DNA of 25,231 nt, taken from positions 1 to 25,231 of IMG/VR virus record IMGVR_UViG_3300020044_004939; one strand, 5' to 3'. Origin of the DNA: a virus (Duplodnaviria; Caudoviricetes). How positions within the stretch are numbered: position 1 is the stretch's first letter; every line of letters starts with the position of its first letter. This document shows, piece by piece, positions 22,994 through 25,231 of this stretch. The notes beneath the pieces are model-generated. The model was not told where the DNA came from and made no database searches. It was given only the letters and a program-made list of their open reading frames with translations. Made by a program: the position numbers and the translations under genes.

Positions 22994-24400
22994 ATGCAAA
23001 TTCAAATTTTGAACGGCATTTATGCTGATGCCACCCCAGAACTGCGCACCGCCTACCCGGTCAACTTGGTGCCGGTTCCTAAACAGTCTGGCATCAGCAA
23101 TGGCTTTCTGCGCCCTGGTGACGGCATCGTAGCCAACGGAACAGGCCCAGGCACAGACCGAGGCGGAATCAACTGGAACGGCATCTGCTACCGGGTCATG
23201 GGCACCAAGCTCGTGACAGTCGCCAGCAATGGCGTTGTATCCGTGCTCGGCGACGTCGGTGGGCCAGTCAACAGCCTGGTGACCTTCGACTACAGCTTCG
23301 ACCGCCTCGCCATCGCCAGCGGTGGGCGTCTCTACTACTGGAACGGCAGCACATTGATTCAGGTCACAGACCCAGATCTCGGCACCGTGCTTGACTTCTG
23401 CTGGGTCGATGGTTACTTCATGACCACCGACGGCACAAGCCTGGTCGTCACCGAACTGGCCGACCCGCTGGCCGTCAACCCGTTGAAATATGGCAGCTCC
23501 GAAGTTGACCCCGACCCAGTGGTTGCCCTGCTTAAATTGCGCAACGAAATTTATGCGCTTAACCGCAACACCATCGAGGTGTTCGACAACGTGGGCGGCG
23601 AGCTGTTCCCGTTCGCACGCATTGATGGCGCTCAGATTCAAAAAGGCGTCATCGGAACACAGGCGTGTTGCGGCTACATCGATCGCATTGCATTTTTGGG
23701 CGGTGGAAGAAACGAAGCACCAGCCATCTACATCGGTGCAGCAGCCACCACACAAAAGATCAGCACCCAAGAAATTGACGAGCTACTCTTGAACTACACA
23801 GAAGCTCAATTAGCCCAAGTCAAGCTAGAAGCACGTAACGACAAAGCGCACCAACATCTGTATGTTCATCTGCCGGACAGAACAATGGTCTATGACGCAG
23901 CCGCATCCGAGGCGCTGCAAGAACAGGTTTGGTTTACCCTAACCTCTACAGTTGTCGGCTTCTCGCAGTACCGCGCACGCAATCTTGTCTGGGCCTATGA
24001 CAAGTGGCTTGTCGGCGACCCACAAAGCAATGCCATTGGCTACCTTGTGCAAGACACCGGCCACCACTGGGGCCAGCAAGTGCGCTGGGAATTCGGCACG
24101 ACCATCGTCTACAACGAAGGCAACGGGGCGATTTTCAACAGGCTGGAATTGGTAAGTCTGACGGGCAGCGTGGCACTTGGCAAGAATCCACAAATCAGCA
24201 CAAGTTACAGTACAGACGGGCAGGCATGGAGTCAAGACCGCAGTATCAGAGTGGGCACCATAGGCAACACCGCCAAGCGTCTCGCGTGGTTTCAGCAGGG
24301 CCACATGAGGAACTGGAGAATCCAGCGTTTCCGTGGAGACAGTGACGCGCATGTGTCATTCGTTCGCCTTGAGGCGCAACTTGAACCACTGGCATTTTGA
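22994..24400 (+). CDS. P22 gp10-like DNA stabilisation / tail hub protein
   Basis: PVNLVPVPK...GFLRP, DRG, YRVMGTKL, SSEVDPD, TIEVFDN, AQIQKG, KISTQEID, STDG; 468 aa. Confidence 0.92.
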   Translation: MQIQILNGIYADATPELRTAYPVNLVPVPKQSGISNGFLRPGDGIVANGTGPGTDRGGINWNGICYRVMGTKLVTVASNGVVSVLGDVGGPVNSLVTFDYSFDRLAIASGGRLYYWNGSTLIQVTDPDLGTVLDFCWVDGYFMTTDGTSLVVTELADPLAVNPLKYGSSEVDPDPVVALLKLRNEIYALNRNTIEVFDNVGGELFPFARIDGAQIQKGVIGTQACCGYIDRIAFLGGGRNEAPAIYIGAAATTQKISTQEIDELLLNYTEAQLAQVKLEARNDKAHQHLYVHLPDRTMVYDAAASEALQEQVWFTLTSTVVGFSQYRARNLVWAYDKWLVGDPQSNAIGYLVQDTGHHWGQQVRWEFGTTIVYNEGNGAIFNRLELVSLTGSVALGKNPQISTSYSTDGQAWSQDRSIRVGTIGNTAKRLAWFQQGHMRNWRIQRFRGDSDAHVSFVRLEAQLEPLAF

Positions 24401-24402
24401 TT

Positions 24403-25231
24403 ATGGCCACCGCTCCCATCTCACGCCGCCTCAACCTCACCCGCGACCAGCTCGCGGCCTTCTTGACCGACCAGCAGCAGATCCGCCAGTTTGAACAACT
24501 GTTTTCCGTAGTCGATCAAATCCAAGTAATAACAGGGACGGACTTTGAATATCAAGCAGACAGTGCGGCAGCCACAGCAAACGAGGCATTAGCACAACTG
24601 GCCGCACTAGCTGAACAATCAGCCATTAACTGCGCCTTGGCTGAAAATAAAGCATCTCAGGCCATGACGCTAGTGGATAACTTGACTAAGGCAGTACAAG
24701 CATTGCAGTTGGCCCCATCGACAAACCAACTTGATACACTGACAAAAGCTGTTGAAGGCTTGCAGATGGCCCCGCCAGCACGTGAATTTAAACGCAGTCG
24801 CTACGGTTCGTTTTTTGATACAACAACCCAAACCGCGACAACGATCAACACAGCCACGGCGATCACGTTCAACAACACCGACTTGAGCAACGGCGTGTAT
24901 TTGGGCACCCAAACATCGAGGGTGTACGTGGACACACGGGGCATCTACAACTTTGACACTTCGTTTCAGTTGGACAAGACCACGGGCGGCTTGGGCGAGT
25001 TTTACTTTTGGTTCAGACTTAACGGTGCAGACGTGCCCAACAGCGCCAGCCAAATTAGAATTCAGGGAAATGACGCAGAGATATTTTCGTCACTGAACTA
25101 CTTTTTCGACCTCAACTGGGTCACCATCTGCTACATCATCAAAGACTTGGATTGCGTCATAGACCATCACCAGCCACTCCACGACTGGCGCAGGCAAAAG
25201 AAAAACCCTTTGCAAGTTTTCTTTGAGCCAA
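24403..25231 (+). CDS. Virion protein in the tail-needle (gp26) position, open to the window end; native sequence appears to stop near 25115
   Basis: Own translation MATAPISRRLNLTRDQLAAFL..., coiled coil then YGSFFDTTTQ...GIYNFDTSFQ C1q-like beta domain; no stop before the edge. Confidence 0.75.
   Translation, partial: MATAPISRRLNLTRDQLAAFLTDQQQIRQFEQLFSVVDQIQVITGTDFEYQADSAAATANEALAQLAALAEQSAINCALAENKASQAMTLVDNLTKAVQALQLAPSTNQLDTLTKAVEGLQMAPPAREFKRSRYGSFFDTTTQTATTINTATAITFNNTDLSNGVYLGTQTSRVYVDTRGIYNFDTSFQLDKTTGGLGEFYFWFRLNGADVPNSASQIRIQGNDAEIFSSLNYFFDLNWVTICYIIKDLDCVIDHHQPLHDWRRQKKNPLQVFFEP
25111..25231 (-). other. Inverted fragment of another phage gene (WLKENLQRVFLLPAPVVEWLVMVYDAIQVFDDVADGDPVE)
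   Basis: Minus-strand frame is protein-like with a DDxxD motif while the plus-strand protein loses its character at the same point. Confidence 0.65.

Noticed and set aside
11182-25053. Long minus-strand ORFs (12304-12984, 19143-20018, 22913-23770 etc.)
   Set aside because: Antisense shadows of structural genes caused by biased codon usage; no motifs or SDs

Overview
The window is ~25 kb of a tailed dsDNA phage (or prophage) genome with a lambdoid-style early region joined to a P22-like (podoviral) virion module; no host genes, integrase, lysis genes, tRNA or CRISPR are visible. Left of ~5130 a leftward, translationally coupled string of small genes leads into a RecT-like annealase, a YqaJ/lambda-Exo-like exonuclease and a coiled-coil protein. 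Rightward come a Cro-like HTH (no cI opposite it), NinG/Rap, a degenerate HNH-HTH, a DUF1376/YdaU replication protein with internal iteron-like repeats, small genes, DUF4406, TerS, an inserted HsdM-like methyltransferase-fold gene, PBSX-type TerL, P22-like portal, a ~3.4 kb inserted fibre-like module, scaffold, coat, gp4-like adaptor, a LamG-type spike/fibre gene, gp10-like and a truncated gene. The most notable signals are: three candidate structured RNAs (a loop-E RNA at 64-148, a junction/pseudoknot leader before the replication gene, an H-type pseudoknot before the scaffold gene); a methyltransferase-fold gene lacking the catalytic NPP(Y/F) motif, ending in a clamp-binding-like motif and sitting between TTGAC direct repeats; a repeated operator/-10 motif driving apparently leaderless transcripts; 37-bp gene-boundary repeats; an amber-interrupted paralog; several coupled stub ORFs; and an apparent inversion/chimera in the last ~120 bp. 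Family assignments come from motif recognition, not database searches.
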